A stretch of DNA of 64,000 nucleotides, from the NCBI GenBank assembly GCA_963802255.1, contig CAWDHY010000001.1:427842-491841 (forward strand), written 5' to 3'. Below the pieces are notes generated by a model. The model made no database searches, was not told the DNA's origin, and was given only the letters and a program-made list of their open reading frames with translations. The stretch comes from Candidatus Magasanikiibacteriota bacterium. Its GTDB lineage: Bacteria > Patescibacteriota > Patescibacteriia > Magasanikbacterales > GWA2-37-8. Both the position numbers and the translations under genes were made by a program. Below are positions 38,322 through 48,389 of this stretch, one piece after another (within the stretch, counting starts at the first letter, position 1; each line of letters starts with the position of its first letter).

Positions 38322-40196
38322 TTACACAATTGATATTAGATTGTTCGGGTTTGGATCAATTTTCCAGTCGGAAGAAACGGCCGGAAGCAGTTCTTTAGCT
38401 CTTTTTTTATAGTTTGAATAATTAAATTTTAAAATTAGTACCTGCCAGTAACGACCGCGATAATAAGGGGGAAAAGCGCCAATGGGACCCAATATCTTAA
38501 CATCGGGAGCCTTTTTAGTCAAGCCGTTTAGTGCCGTAGCCATTGTTACTGCTTCTTTTTCTGTGGTCTGTTTATTGGTTGACCCGTAGTATAGCCGGAT
38601 TATGTAATTGTAAGGAGGGTATTCAAATATTTTTCGTTCTTTAAGGGTTGCTTCATAAAAAATAGACGGATCGTAAACACCGGCAAAAACCGGATGCTCG
38701 ATGTTTGATGTTTGGATAAAAAATGCGGTTTCAGGTAATGCTTTAAGCTGAACCTTGCGAATTGTCTGCCATAAGTCTTCCGTTGATTTGTATTCGGATG
38801 CAATTAGCGAAGAGTCAGCGTCAGCTAATACAACTATTTCAGTTTTATCCCAATCTATATAAGGCCAGGCGTATTCGGTACCGATAATTACCGCTTTTTT
38901 TGCCGTCGTTACTGCGGGTATATCGGAAACATTATCCGAATCAATTGTTAACACGCTAATATCTTTATTCAAAATTCCCCGCAGAGCCTCGGCAATTCCT
39001 TGGGTGCCAACGCCGGCAAAGAAATAATTGGCTCCATGACAAGCCGGGCAAGTAGCGGATAACGGTCGTTTTAAATTACAAAAATGACAGCTAAGTTCGT
39101 TACTTTTTTTATAATAGGCATTTTGGCGGTTGCAATGTTCGCAAGAGAATATGAAACCGCAGTCGCGGCAAAGCACGGTTCCGGCAGTACCCTTACGGTT
39201 GACCAGAATGAACGCCTGCTTATTTAAATTTTTTAAACGTTCAATAATTTCTTCCGCAATAAAATATTCATTTCCACTTTTGGATTCAAGGCGGATGTTG
39301 CAAAATATAGGTGACGGCTTTGTAATATTTTTTAGAGATGTAAAGCCGTCATAAATTTTATTATTTGTAAAATAATAAGTTTCCACCGAAGGAGCACACG
39401 ATGAAAGAATAATTTTTGAACCGGTATGCTTTGCCAGCATAATTGCGGCATCGCGTGCGTGATACCGGGGTGTCATATCCCAGCTTTTATATGCGCTATT
39501 ACCTTCGTCTTCTATAAATACCGCCGATAAATTAATCCAGGGAAGCCACAGCGCTTTTCTGGTGCCAATCACCAAAACATCATCATTGTTGCGTACACTT
39601 AGCCACTTATCAAAATATTCTTTGTCGCCCATGCTGGAAGTAACAGTTATAATATTTTTTTCCCCAAAATTGACGGCTATATTTTTAATTGTTTCAATTT
39701 GATATGATTCCGGAACTAAAATTAGGCGCTGGCCTGACCCAGCGCAGAATTTTTTAATATTTTTAATTTGCTCTTCGCGAAAATTGTATGAAGAAAAAAA
39801 TGGCTTTTGTGGCGGTTGTTTTTTTTGTTGTGGCATTTTTACAATCATTTCGCCGATTTTTGCGATTTTTCTTTTTTGCAAAGGGAATAGAGCAGCTTTT
39901 AAAACAAAACCGGGCGAAGCCCGGTAAAAATCAGCAATTTCTTTGTTAAAGTTAATAATATTTTCTGAGAGAAGCGGTTCGGAAGCGGCTAAAGAAATGA
40001 TGCTTTTTAGCTTAACGTTGCTGACTTCCGAGTAGTCGCGCATCGCGATAACAATACCAAACTCTTCATGATTACGGAATGGTATTGTCACAAGCTGGCC
40101 AATGCGTAAGGTTTGTTCAAAATTTAGGGGCACTAAATAGTCAAGATGCGGCAGGTTTAACGGAAGCCTCGTGATTGGCACAATTTCAGCTATCAT
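38322..40196 (-). CDS. priA: Primosomal protein N' (degenerate helicase motifs)
   Basis: LDYLVP, VTIPFR, PRYHARD, NRKG, four CxxC pairs, YPPY; upstream of def-fmt. Confidence 0.9.
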   Translation of the reverse strand: MIAEIVPITRLPLNLPHLDYLVPLNFEQTLRIGQLVTIPFRNHEEFGIVIAMRDYSEVSNVKLKSIISLAASEPLLSENIINFNKEIADFYRASPGFVLKAALFPLQKRKIAKIGEMIVKMPQQKKQPPQKPFFSSYNFREEQIKNIKKFCAGSGQRLILVPESYQIETIKNIAVNFGEKNIITVTSSMGDKEYFDKWLSVRNNDDVLVIGTRKALWLPWINLSAVFIEDEGNSAYKSWDMTPRYHARDAAIMLAKHTGSKIILSSCAPSVETYYFTNNKIYDGFTSLKNITKPSPIFCNIRLESKSGNEYFIAEEIIERLKNLNKQAFILVNRKGTAGTVLCRDCGFIFSCEHCNRQNAYYKKSNELSCHFCNLKRPLSATCPACHGANYFFAGVGTQGIAEALRGILNKDISVLTIDSDNVSDIPAVTTAKKAVIIGTEYAWPYIDWDKTEIVVLADADSSLIASEYKSTEDLWQTIRKVQLKALPETAFFIQTSNIEHPVFAGVYDPSIFYEATLKERKIFEYPPYNYIIRLYYGSTNKQTTEKEAVTMATALNGLTKKAPDVKILGPIGAFPPYYRGRYWQVLILKFNYSNYKKRAKELLPAVSSDWKIDPNPNNLISIV

Positions 40197-40197
40197 A

Positions 40198-40989
40198 TTA
40201 TAAGATAAATTGTGCCGTCAGATAGCCGACACCAAACGGACCTTCGTATGAAAGTTCGTTGTATGTGTAGTGAATATTTTGTAATACTCCGAGTAAAATT
40301 AATATTGACCGCAAACCGCATTCGGCTGCTTGTTCAATTAAAGACGCGTCCAAATGTAAAATACCGGCTAAATTTTGCGACATTAGCAATTCGCGTATTT
40401 TCGCATCAAATTCTTTGCCATACTTATTAAATCCGGCCGGAGAATCCGATGATAAAGCATGCGACATGTCTCCGGAAGCAATGAGCGCCACGCGTTTATT
40501 GGTTTTTAATATTTCCTCCTTAATCAAGGCGCCAAACTCCATGTGAGATTTAAAATCACGGTTACAAAAACCAAGCTGAACAATTTTACAATTAGTCAAG
40601 TGCCGCATCAGGTAAAAAAGCGGCACTGTTGCTCCGTGATCTAAATTTTCTTCGCTCATCATTGTTGCGGGTAAATGATTTCTTTTTGTAGCATCACGAA
40701 GCCGGTGAGCCAATTCATAATCGCCCGCAAATTTTAACTTTGTTGAAAGGTCGCCAAACTGACGCATTTCGGCAAAGTACTCCGTACAAAAATTTATAGT
40801 AAAAACGTCGGGAAAATAACTTCCGTGCGGAGAGATGATAATAATGGTATCCGGATGCGTGGCATAAAGCCGTTCCTCAAGTTCGTCCAGCGCTTGTTTT
40901 GTTTTTGCGACTTTTTTTATTTCATCTTTCCCTATGGATGGTATCAGAAGGGGAGGATGGGGAGTGATCGCGGCAAAAACTAATGACAT
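40198..40989 (-). CDS. MEMO1/LigB-like (AmmeMemoRadiSam B) protein
   Basis: PHPPLLIP, ISPHG, LDHG, ASGDMSH, AECG, YEGPFGVGY; start reassigned to MSLVFAA. Confidence 0.85.
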   Translation of the reverse strand: MSLVFAAITPHPPLLIPSIGKDEIKKVAKTKQALDELEERLYATHPDTIIIISPHGSYFPDVFTINFCTEYFAEMRQFGDLSTKLKFAGDYELAHRLRDATKRNHLPATMMSEENLDHGATVPLFYLMRHLTNCKIVQLGFCNRDFKSHMEFGALIKEEILKTNKRVALIASGDMSHALSSDSPAGFNKYGKEFDAKIRELLMSQNLAGILHLDASLIEQAAECGLRSILILLGVLQNIHYTYNELSYEGPFGVGYLTAQFIL

Positions 40990-40997
40990 AAATTTTA

Positions 40998-43208
40998 TTA
41001 TTTTACGCCGGCGATTGAGGCAGTCGCCCCTGAAGATATGGCCCACTCAGCCAGGCGATTTGGTTCGACGAAACGTTTGCTATAATCAGCATTACCCATG
41101 GTCAAAACGATATATTGTTTTTTTGTGGCTTTTGATTCAATCAACATAGCAAGAACCGATCCTGCTTCAACAGTGTAACCGGTTTTGGAAGCAAGAATGC
41201 GGTAAGGTTTGGTGGAGTTAAACATCAGTTGATTTGTGTTTTTGAGATTATGTGTCACTACTTTATTTTTGTTCAGCAATTCTTTAAATGTATAGTCTGT
41301 TTTGCTTAGAGCTGTTTTAATTGTATCATCGCCCAAAACCTTAACAAAGATTTTTAACATATCTCGCGGGGTTGACTTACTGCTATCGTCCAAGCCTGTG
41401 ACATCTTGAATCTTCGTGTTGTCGGCACCCCAATCTTCCAGACGCTCATTTATTGACTCAATCAATTTTTTCTCCGTAAGACCGCTCGCTGAAGCAAGCA
41501 TTCGGGCCGCGTTATTCACTGAAGCCACCAGAGTGGAATAGAGAATATCAATATTTTTTATTTTTTCTCCGCTGACCAAGCTTAAAGGATTGCCGTAACT
41601 GGAATGATTTGTCGCAGAATAAGCAGTTGATTTGGCGGCATCAAAATCCTGATTAATTGTTTCATATGTCGTAAGCAGCTTGACTAAAGAGGCGATAGAG
41701 CGCTTTTGATCAATATTTTTTCCGGCAATTATTTTACCGCTCGGAAAATCAGCTACCAAATACGCCGGCAGTTTTGTTTTAAATAAATCTTCAACCGGAG
41801 CCTCGCTGTCGCCCAGAAATTTATTTTTTGATGAAGCTAAAGAATTGCTGACATATATCGGTTCGCCATTCGGTATTGTCAGGGCGTAAACCAATTCTAC
41901 CTGAATTAGATTTTCTTTTTTATAGCCCATCGCGTCAAAAGTATCGCTGTCGGAAATGCGCCGTTTTTTCCCATTTTCGATGACAAATAATTTATCGCTA
42001 TCCTTAATTTTAATCAGTGCACCATCGGCAAATTTTACCGGTTCATTTGCGGTATTGAATTTGGCAATATCTTTCTTTGTCTTTTTTTCAATAGCCATTC
42101 CGGTGAAATTTGTCTTAATTAATCCGGCATTGATAATAGGATAAAGAATGTTATCCTTTAGAAGATAATAAGAATTATTCAGATCCGTAATTTGATATAT
42201 TATGCCTTGAGGAGCAGTGATGGATGCGGTAATTGTTGAACCAAGAACATATCCGACAAGGTCGTTGTCCGAAATCTGAATGATTTCCTGCGGATTATAA
42301 CCAAGCTGGCGGACGACTTCGTCCGAAGCGAACGGGCGCACAAAATCGTAATCAACCAAATATGTGGCGGATTGCGTTTTCAAGATTGAATAATTTGGAA
42401 ATGCGATATCCGGCCCGTCTCCATAATTTTTTAAATCCGCTTCTGTAATGCTTACGGCCATTTTTGGATCAGCTCTGGTGATGAGGGCGGTCATGCTTTT
42501 AAAGCGTCGTTTTTTTCCGTCAGAAATTAAATAGTAATCCGTGGAGGACGGTGTTTGTACAATTGTTCCATTAGGATAGTATTGAGCGAACCAATTGGTC
42601 CAGATACGCCAGAAATTTTTATTTCCGTGCAGGTGCGGAGTGTAGGTATATAGAAATGCCGTAGCCCAGCTTTGCGGAGTTACAGGCTGACTATCAATCA
42701 TTATTTCAGTGCTAACTTTTTTAATAAAGCCCTGCGTGGTTTTATTTTCATAATACCAGCGCATAATTCCGGCAGAGCCCTCAACTTGTTTTCCAAAACC
42801 TTTATATTTTAGAACTTTCGGATCGGAGAGGCTGCATCCGTCACATACGGCAAAACCGGTAGCCCAGTCCATTTGGCGTTGAGTCGGAGCATCATCGGTA
42901 ATCAGGCTTTGCTCTTTTTGCAATGTGACCAGCAAAAATTTCGGGCTTATTTGGTTGCGTATGGCTGAATCATAGATAATTTCCGCCGCCGTTTTTATTA
43001 AGCCGTTTACATCTTCACCTCTAAATTTCGCCAAATAACTTCCTTTGCCGTCAAGAAATGATTGGATGTCGCGCACTGACCACTCTTCGCATTTTTGCAG
43101 CTCTTCATCGGAAATAATATAATTCGGATTGAATTCCGCTTCAGCTAAAGCGAAAGCAGACGGCATAAGCATGCCCAAAGTTAGTATGATGGTAATAATT
43201 TTATTCAT
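40998..43208 (-). CDS. Secreted multidomain protein with C-terminal D-Ala-D-Ala carboxypeptidase (peptidase S11)
   Basis: Signal peptide; LQKEQSLI/LYTYTPH N-domain; four ~60-aa repeats; SLVK, SVN, KTG motifs. Confidence 0.85.
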   Translation of the reverse strand: MNKIITIILTLGMLMPSAFALAEAEFNPNYIISDEELQKCEEWSVRDIQSFLDGKGSYLAKFRGEDVNGLIKTAAEIIYDSAIRNQISPKFLLVTLQKEQSLITDDAPTQRQMDWATGFAVCDGCSLSDPKVLKYKGFGKQVEGSAGIMRWYYENKTTQGFIKKVSTEIMIDSQPVTPQSWATAFLYTYTPHLHGNKNFWRIWTNWFAQYYPNGTIVQTPSSTDYYLISDGKKRRFKSMTALITRADPKMAVSITEADLKNYGDGPDIAFPNYSILKTQSATYLVDYDFVRPFASDEVVRQLGYNPQEIIQISDNDLVGYVLGSTITASITAPQGIIYQITDLNNSYYLLKDNILYPIINAGLIKTNFTGMAIEKKTKKDIAKFNTANEPVKFADGALIKIKDSDKLFVIENGKKRRISDSDTFDAMGYKKENLIQVELVYALTIPNGEPIYVSNSLASSKNKFLGDSEAPVEDLFKTKLPAYLVADFPSGKIIAGKNIDQKRSIASLVKLLTTYETINQDFDAAKSTAYSATNHSSYGNPLSLVSGEKIKNIDILYSTLVASVNNAARMLASASGLTEKKLIESINERLEDWGADNTKIQDVTGLDDSSKSTPRDMLKIFVKVLGDDTIKTALSKTDYTFKELLNKNKVVTHNLKNTNQLMFNSTKPYRILASKTGYTVEAGSVLAMLIESKATKKQYIVLTMGNADYSKRFVEPNRLAEWAISSGATASIAGVK

Positions 43209-43289
43209 ATGCTAAAAAAATTAAAACAATATTCGTAGTAATTTAAGCGAATATCTTACTCAATAAAATTATATCATTTTTTTTAATAT

Positions 43290-43318
43290 AAAACAACCCG
43301 TTTGCAACGGGCTGTTTT
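43290..43318 (-). terminator. clpB terminator
   Basis: AAAACAGCCCGTTGCAAACGGGTTGTTTT on the minus strand. Confidence 0.8.
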
Positions 43319-43321
43319 AGG

Positions 43322-45961
43322 TTATTTTATGACTATTTTTCCTTTTTCCATCCTTACCTTAACTTTTTGTCCTTCTGTCACATCGCCTTCAATAATTTTC
43401 AGCGATAACTGGTCCAGCAACTCGCTTTGTATTGCGCGTTTTAGAGGCCTGGCTCCATAATTTTGGTCATAACCGGATTTGGCTAAATATTTTTTTACTT
43501 CGGGTTCGATGTTCAGCATGATTTTTTTCTCAGCCAAGCGTTTTACGACTTTATTTAATTGTAAATCAACAATTATTTCAATCTGTTTTTCCGTCAGAGT
43601 GTGAAAGACTACTATTTCGTCAACACGATTCAAAAATTCCGGTTTAAAGTATTCGTGCAATGAATCCATAATTTTTTCACGGATTTTTTCGTCAGTATTT
43701 TTCTTATTGCCGCGGCCGTCTTCAAAGCCAAAAGCGCCTCCTTTTTTAACATCTAAAATAGACTGACTGCCGATATTGCTCGTTAATATTATTACGGTAT
43801 TTTTAAAATTGACCGTACGGCCCTTGGCGTCAGTGATTCTTCCGTCATCAAGAATTTGCAATAAAATATTGAAAATATCCGGGTGCGCTTTTTCAATTTC
43901 ATCAAACAATATGACGGCGTATGGGCGACGGCGGATAATTTCGGTGAGCTGTCCGCCCTCTTCAAACCCAACGTACCCGGGCGGGGAGCCGATGATTTTG
44001 CTGACACTGTGCTTTTCCATATATTCGCTCATATCTACACGGACTAGAGCGTCTTCCGTGTCAAACATAAATTCAGCCAAAGTTTTAGCCAGTTCCGTCT
44101 TACCGACACCTGTGGGTCCAAGAAATATAAATGAGCCGATTGGCTTATTCGGTTCGGCAATTCCGGCGCGTGAACGCCTAATGGCGTTTGATATAGCTTT
44201 TATTGCCTCCTCTTGTCCGATAACTCGTTTTGCCAGTTCCGATTCCATCTGGCTGAATTTATTGGATTCTGTTTCAAGCATTTTTGTAACCGGGATAGAT
44301 GTCCATCGGGCAACAACGGCGGCAATATCCGCTTCAGTAATTTCCTCTTTCAAAATCCCGCGATTTTTTTGATATTCCTGCAATAATTTTTCATCTTTCT
44401 TAATTTCCTTTTCCAAAGAGGGGATAGAGTCATAGCGAATTTCGGCAACTTTTTGTAAATCACCCTTGCGTTCTTCAATTTCCGCTTTTTGTTTCAGTTT
44501 ATCGATTTCTTTTTTATGATTATGTATGCGCTCTATAATATCTTTTTCGTTTTTCCACTTAGCTTCCAGCTGATTGCTTTTTTCTTTTATTTCAGCCAAA
44601 TCTTTCTCCAATTTTTTCAATTGATCCTTGGCATCAGCACTTTTTTCGTTTAGAAGTGCACGTTTTTCAATTTCAAATTTAACAGCTGTGCGTTTAAGCT
44701 TATCCAGATCTTCGGGCATTGATTCAATTTGCAGGCGTAAAGCGGAAGCGGCTTCGTCGATCAGATCGATGGCCTTATCAGGTAAAAAACGGTCCGGAAT
44801 ATAACGAATAGATAATCTAACTGCTGCCAAAATAGCAGAATCGGTTATACGAACGCCGTGATGCACTTCGTATTTTTCCTTGATTCCGCGTAAAATTGCA
44901 ATTGCGTCTTCTTCCGTCGGTTCATTAACCATTACCGGCTGAAAACGTCTTTCTAATGCTGCGTCTTTTTCAATATGTTTTTGGTATTCTTTGAGAGTAG
45001 TCGCTCCGATTGAGTGAAGTTCACCGCGGGCAAGCATCGGTTTTAGCATATTCGCCGCATCAATAGCTCCTTCGGACGCGCCGGCTCCGACAATAGTGTG
45101 AAGCTCATCAATAAATAAAATAATTTTTCCGGCTGCGGCGTCAACTTCTTTAAGAACCGCTTTTAGCCGTTCCTCAAATTCGCCGCGAAATTTCGCTCCG
45201 GCAAGAAGAGAGCCGATGTCTAAGCCGATGACCTCCTTATTTTTAAGAGATTCAGGAACATCTCCGTTAACTATACGCTGTGCCAATCCTTCTACAATGG
45301 CAGTTTTGCCGGTACCCGGCTCGCCGATCAGCACAGGATTATTTTTTGTCCTGCGCGAGAGTATCTGCATAACACGCCGGATCTCATCGTCGCGCCCGAT
45401 GACAGGGTCTATTTTTTCTTTGCGTGCCAACTCCGTTAAATTTTTTCCGTATTTTTCTAACGCGTTATACCTAACTTCCGGATTTGGTGAATCCACTTTT
45501 TGCGTACCACGGATGGAGGCCAGGGTTTTTAAAACTTCTTCATATGATATTTTGTGATCCTTTATAAGAATATCGCTTATCGGGTTTTTGTTGGATAAAA
45601 AAGCAAGAAATAAATGCTCCACGCTTATGTATTCATCTCCCATTTTTTTTGATTCTGCAAAAGCATTTTGCATGATGTTCATTGCCGATTGGCTTAGCAA
45701 AATTTGGCCGTTACCAGCAATAGGAGAACCGCCCAATTGTTTTGGCAGGTTGTTGACTATAGCTTGTGCTTCAGACAAGACAGCGGGCAGATTGGCTTTT
45801 AATTTTCTTAAAACAGAAACTACTACGCTTTCTTCATCTTGCAGTAAAGCCAAAAAAAGATGGGGTGGTTCCACCTGCGGCTGGTTGCTTTCCTGAGCAA
45901 TTTGCGAAGCAATTTGAATGGCCTCTTGTGATTTTTGGGTAAAATTTTGTGGATTCAGCAT
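43322..45961 (-). CDS. clpB: ATP-dependent chaperone ClpB
   Basis: Two AAA+ modules ([16 protein letters not shown]) and a long coiled-coil M domain with AEIRY. Confidence 0.95.
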   Translation of the reverse strand: MLNPQNFTQKSQEAIQIASQIAQESNQPQVEPPHLFLALLQDEESVVVSVLRKLKANLPAVLSEAQAIVNNLPKQLGGSPIAGNGQILLSQSAMNIMQNAFAESKKMGDEYISVEHLFLAFLSNKNPISDILIKDHKISYEEVLKTLASIRGTQKVDSPNPEVRYNALEKYGKNLTELARKEKIDPVIGRDDEIRRVMQILSRRTKNNPVLIGEPGTGKTAIVEGLAQRIVNGDVPESLKNKEVIGLDIGSLLAGAKFRGEFEERLKAVLKEVDAAAGKIILFIDELHTIVGAGASEGAIDAANMLKPMLARGELHSIGATTLKEYQKHIEKDAALERRFQPVMVNEPTEEDAIAILRGIKEKYEVHHGVRITDSAILAAVRLSIRYIPDRFLPDKAIDLIDEAASALRLQIESMPEDLDKLKRTAVKFEIEKRALLNEKSADAKDQLKKLEKDLAEIKEKSNQLEAKWKNEKDIIERIHNHKKEIDKLKQKAEIEERKGDLQKVAEIRYDSIPSLEKEIKKDEKLLQEYQKNRGILKEEITEADIAAVVARWTSIPVTKMLETESNKFSQMESELAKRVIGQEEAIKAISNAIRRSRAGIAEPNKPIGSFIFLGPTGVGKTELAKTLAEFMFDTEDALVRVDMSEYMEKHSVSKIIGSPPGYVGFEEGGQLTEIIRRRPYAVILFDEIEKAHPDIFNILLQILDDGRITDAKGRTVNFKNTVIILTSNIGSQSILDVKKGGAFGFEDGRGNKKNTDEKIREKIMDSLHEYFKPEFLNRVDEIVVFHTLTEKQIEIIVDLQLNKVVKRLAEKKIMLNIEPEVKKYLAKSGYDQNYGARPLKRAIQSELLDQLSLKIIEGDVTEGQKVKVRMEKGKIVIK

Positions 45962-45970
45962 AATAAATTA

Positions 45971-45997
45971 TTATCACTCTAACAGTGAGAGTGATAA
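45971..45997. promoter_or_regulatory. CIRCE-like operator (HrcA) upstream of clpB
   Basis: TTATCACTC-N9-GAGTGATAA versus canonical TTAGCACTC-N9-GAGTGCTAA. Confidence 0.8.
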
Positions 45998-45998
45998 T

Positions 45999-46026
45999 AA
46001 TATATCATATTGGGAAACCGTGTCAA
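45999..46026 (-). promoter_or_regulatory. clpB promoter
   Basis: TTGACA-16 bp-TATATT with extended TG, directly abutting the CIRCE-like site. Confidence 0.7.
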
Positions 46027-46030
46027 CCCC

Positions 46031-46059
46031 TTGAATTTGCCTTCAAAAAAGAGTAAAAT
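46031..46059 (+). promoter_or_regulatory. Promoter of tagA-like/gltX
   Basis: TTGAAT-17 bp-TAAAAT. Confidence 0.6.
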
Positions 46060-46125
46060 ATGAGCATGTTAAAATTAAATTAAAAAACAGTTTGAAGAAG
46101 CAGTTGTCCGTGAATTTAAATAATT

Positions 46126-46878
46126 ATGATAGCTTTGGGTGTTAGAGTAGACAATATAAGTCTGGCTGAGGCACTTGAACAATCAAGGCGATTTTTGATT
46201 TCCGGCCATCATAAAATTTTCACTCCAAATCCCGAAATGCTGGTTAAAGCGCGTGCAGATAAATATTTTCGGGAAGTATTAAACGACGGTGATTTAAATA
46301 TCTGTGATGGTTTTGGTTTGAGTGTTTTTTTTAAAATTAATCGGATTCCCGGAGCGGATTTTATGATTAAGCTTTGCGCACTAGCGGCGGAGCAAGGAAA
46401 TAGTGTGTATTTTCTCGGTTCAGGCAGCAGCGAAGTAGCTGAAAAGACTGCGGAGAAAATGCAGAGGCAATTTATATCGCTTAAAATAGCCGGTTTTGAC
46501 AAAGGGCCTGAAATTGAAGATTCACAAATTGATAGCTCTGAATTACGGCTTGACCAAGTGAACGAATCGGCGCTCATTGAGAAAATTAACAAAGCGAACC
46601 CCGATATATTATTTGTCGCTTTCGGCATGAGTAAACAGGAGAAGTGGATTTATGAGAATTTGCCTAAATTGCCCTCGGTAAAAATTGCGATGGGAGTTGG
46701 TGGTTCGTTTGATTATATTGCCGGAACGGTAACACGAGCCCCTTTATTTTTGCGAAAAATTGGTTTAGAATGGTTATATCGTCTGATTCGCCAGCCGAGC
46801 CGCTTCAGGCGAATTTGGAACGCTACTGCAGTATTTACATATATCGCTTTGAAAGATAAGTATGACAATAAGAACTAG
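46126..46878 (+). CDS. WecB/TagA/CpsF family glycosyltransferase
   Basis: TPNPE, DGFG, FGMSKQEKW, GVGGSFD, GLEWLYRL. Confidence 0.93.
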   Translation: MIALGVRVDNISLAEALEQSRRFLISGHHKIFTPNPEMLVKARADKYFREVLNDGDLNICDGFGLSVFFKINRIPGADFMIKLCALAAEQGNSVYFLGSGSSEVAEKTAEKMQRQFISLKIAGFDKGPEIEDSQIDSSELRLDQVNESALIEKINKANPDILFVAFGMSKQEKWIYENLPKLPSVKIAMGVGGSFDYIAGTVTRAPLFLRKIGLEWLYRLIRQPSRFRRIWNATAVFTYIALKDKYDNKN

Positions 46879-48355
46879 ATTTGCCCCGTCTCCAACCGGA
46901 TATCTGCATATTGGCGGTTTAAGAACCGCCCTTTACGCCTATTGTTTTGCTAAACAAAATAATGGCAAATTTGTATTGCGCATTGAAGATACAGACCGCG
47001 AAAGATTCGTAGTCGACGGCACTGAAAATATTTTAAGGTCGCTATATGGGGCTGGATTAATTCCAGATGAAGGTGTGATGTTTGATAAAGATGAAAATAT
47101 TATTCAAAGAGGGGATTGCGGCGGATCATATATTCAATCGGAAAGACTGGATGTTTACAAGGCGCACGCAAAGGAGCTTGTAGAAAAAGGCCATGCTTAT
47201 CCATGTTTTTGCACGCCCGAACGGTTAGCTGAATTGCGTCAGTTTCAAGAATTAAATAAGCTTCCGACAGGCTATGATGGTCATTGTCGGGAAATTAATG
47301 CTGCGGAGGCTCAAAAACGGGTTTCTAATGGTGAAAAACATGTTATTCGCATGAAGATGCCAAAAGAAGGTGAAATTGTTTTTAACGACCAAATTAGGGG
47401 TGAAGTTCGTTTTAAGAATGAGTTGATAGACGACCAGATTATCGTGAAATCAGACGGTTTTCCGACATATCATTTAGCGGTTGTAGTAGACGATCACTAT
47501 ATGATGATAACGCATATTATTCGCGGTGAAGAATGGTTGTCCAGTGTTCCTAAACATTTACAATTGTACGAATATTTTGGCTGGGAGGTTCCCGTGATGG
47601 CGCATCTGCCACTGCTTCTAAACGCCGATAAATCAAAATTAAGTAAGCGCCAAGGTGATGTGGCGGTTGAAGATTATATAAAAAAAGGATATTTAAGTGA
47701 AGCTATAATCAACTTTATCGCGTTTCTCGGATGGAATCCTGGCAGTGAACGGGAACTATTTTCTTTGCAAGAATTGGTAAAAGAATTTAGTTTGGATAAA
47801 GTTGGAAAATCCGGGGCTGTCTTCAATTTACAAAAACTCGACTGGTTTAATAAGGAATATTTAAAGAAAATGGCCTTGCCTGATTTGGTTCAAAAAGCCA
47901 GGAAGTTTTTAATGGCCGACCCGGATATTTCCAGCTTAATAGGGAGTAAAAAATACAAAGATAACGACCTCGCGAATATTATTGCGCTGGAGCGTGAGCG
48001 TATAACTACTTTATCTGAATTGCCCGGAGCGATCAAATTTGTGTTTTCTTTGCCGGAATATAAGCCGGAATTATTAGTTTGGAAGAAAAGTTCCAAAGAA
48101 GAATTAAAAAATATTCTACCGGAGTTGAAAAGTATATTGAATACAATAAGTGTTCAATTGTGGAACAGAGATGTTTTAGAGCAGACAGTAGGGGATTGGC
48201 TAAAGGAGAAAGGCTATACAACGGGTTCGGTATTATGGCCGATGCGCGTTGCATTATCCGGTCAGGAAAATTCTCCGGGGCCGTTTGAGATTGCGGAGGT
48301 TCTAGGGAAAGACGAAACGATAATAAGAATTGAAACAGCGGTTGCAACTATTTAG
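46862..48355 (+). CDS. gltX: Glutamate--tRNA ligase
   Basis: RFAPSPTGYLHIGG, RIEDTD, KLSKR. Confidence 0.97.
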   Translation: MTIRTRFAPSPTGYLHIGGLRTALYAYCFAKQNNGKFVLRIEDTDRERFVVDGTENILRSLYGAGLIPDEGVMFDKDENIIQRGDCGGSYIQSERLDVYKAHAKELVEKGHAYPCFCTPERLAELRQFQELNKLPTGYDGHCREINAAEAQKRVSNGEKHVIRMKMPKEGEIVFNDQIRGEVRFKNELIDDQIIVKSDGFPTYHLAVVVDDHYMMITHIIRGEEWLSSVPKHLQLYEYFGWEVPVMAHLPLLLNADKSKLSKRQGDVAVEDYIKKGYLSEAIINFIAFLGWNPGSERELFSLQELVKEFSLDKVGKSGAVFNLQKLDWFNKEYLKKMALPDLVQKARKFLMADPDISSLIGSKKYKDNDLANIIALERERITTLSELPGAIKFVFSLPEYKPELLVWKKSSKEELKNILPELKSILNTISVQLWNRDVLEQTVGDWLKEKGYTTGSVLWPMRVALSGQENSPGPFEIAEVLGKDETIIRIETAVATI

Positions 48356-48389
48356 ACCACCGGTTTTCTGTGCTATACTATAAAATAAT

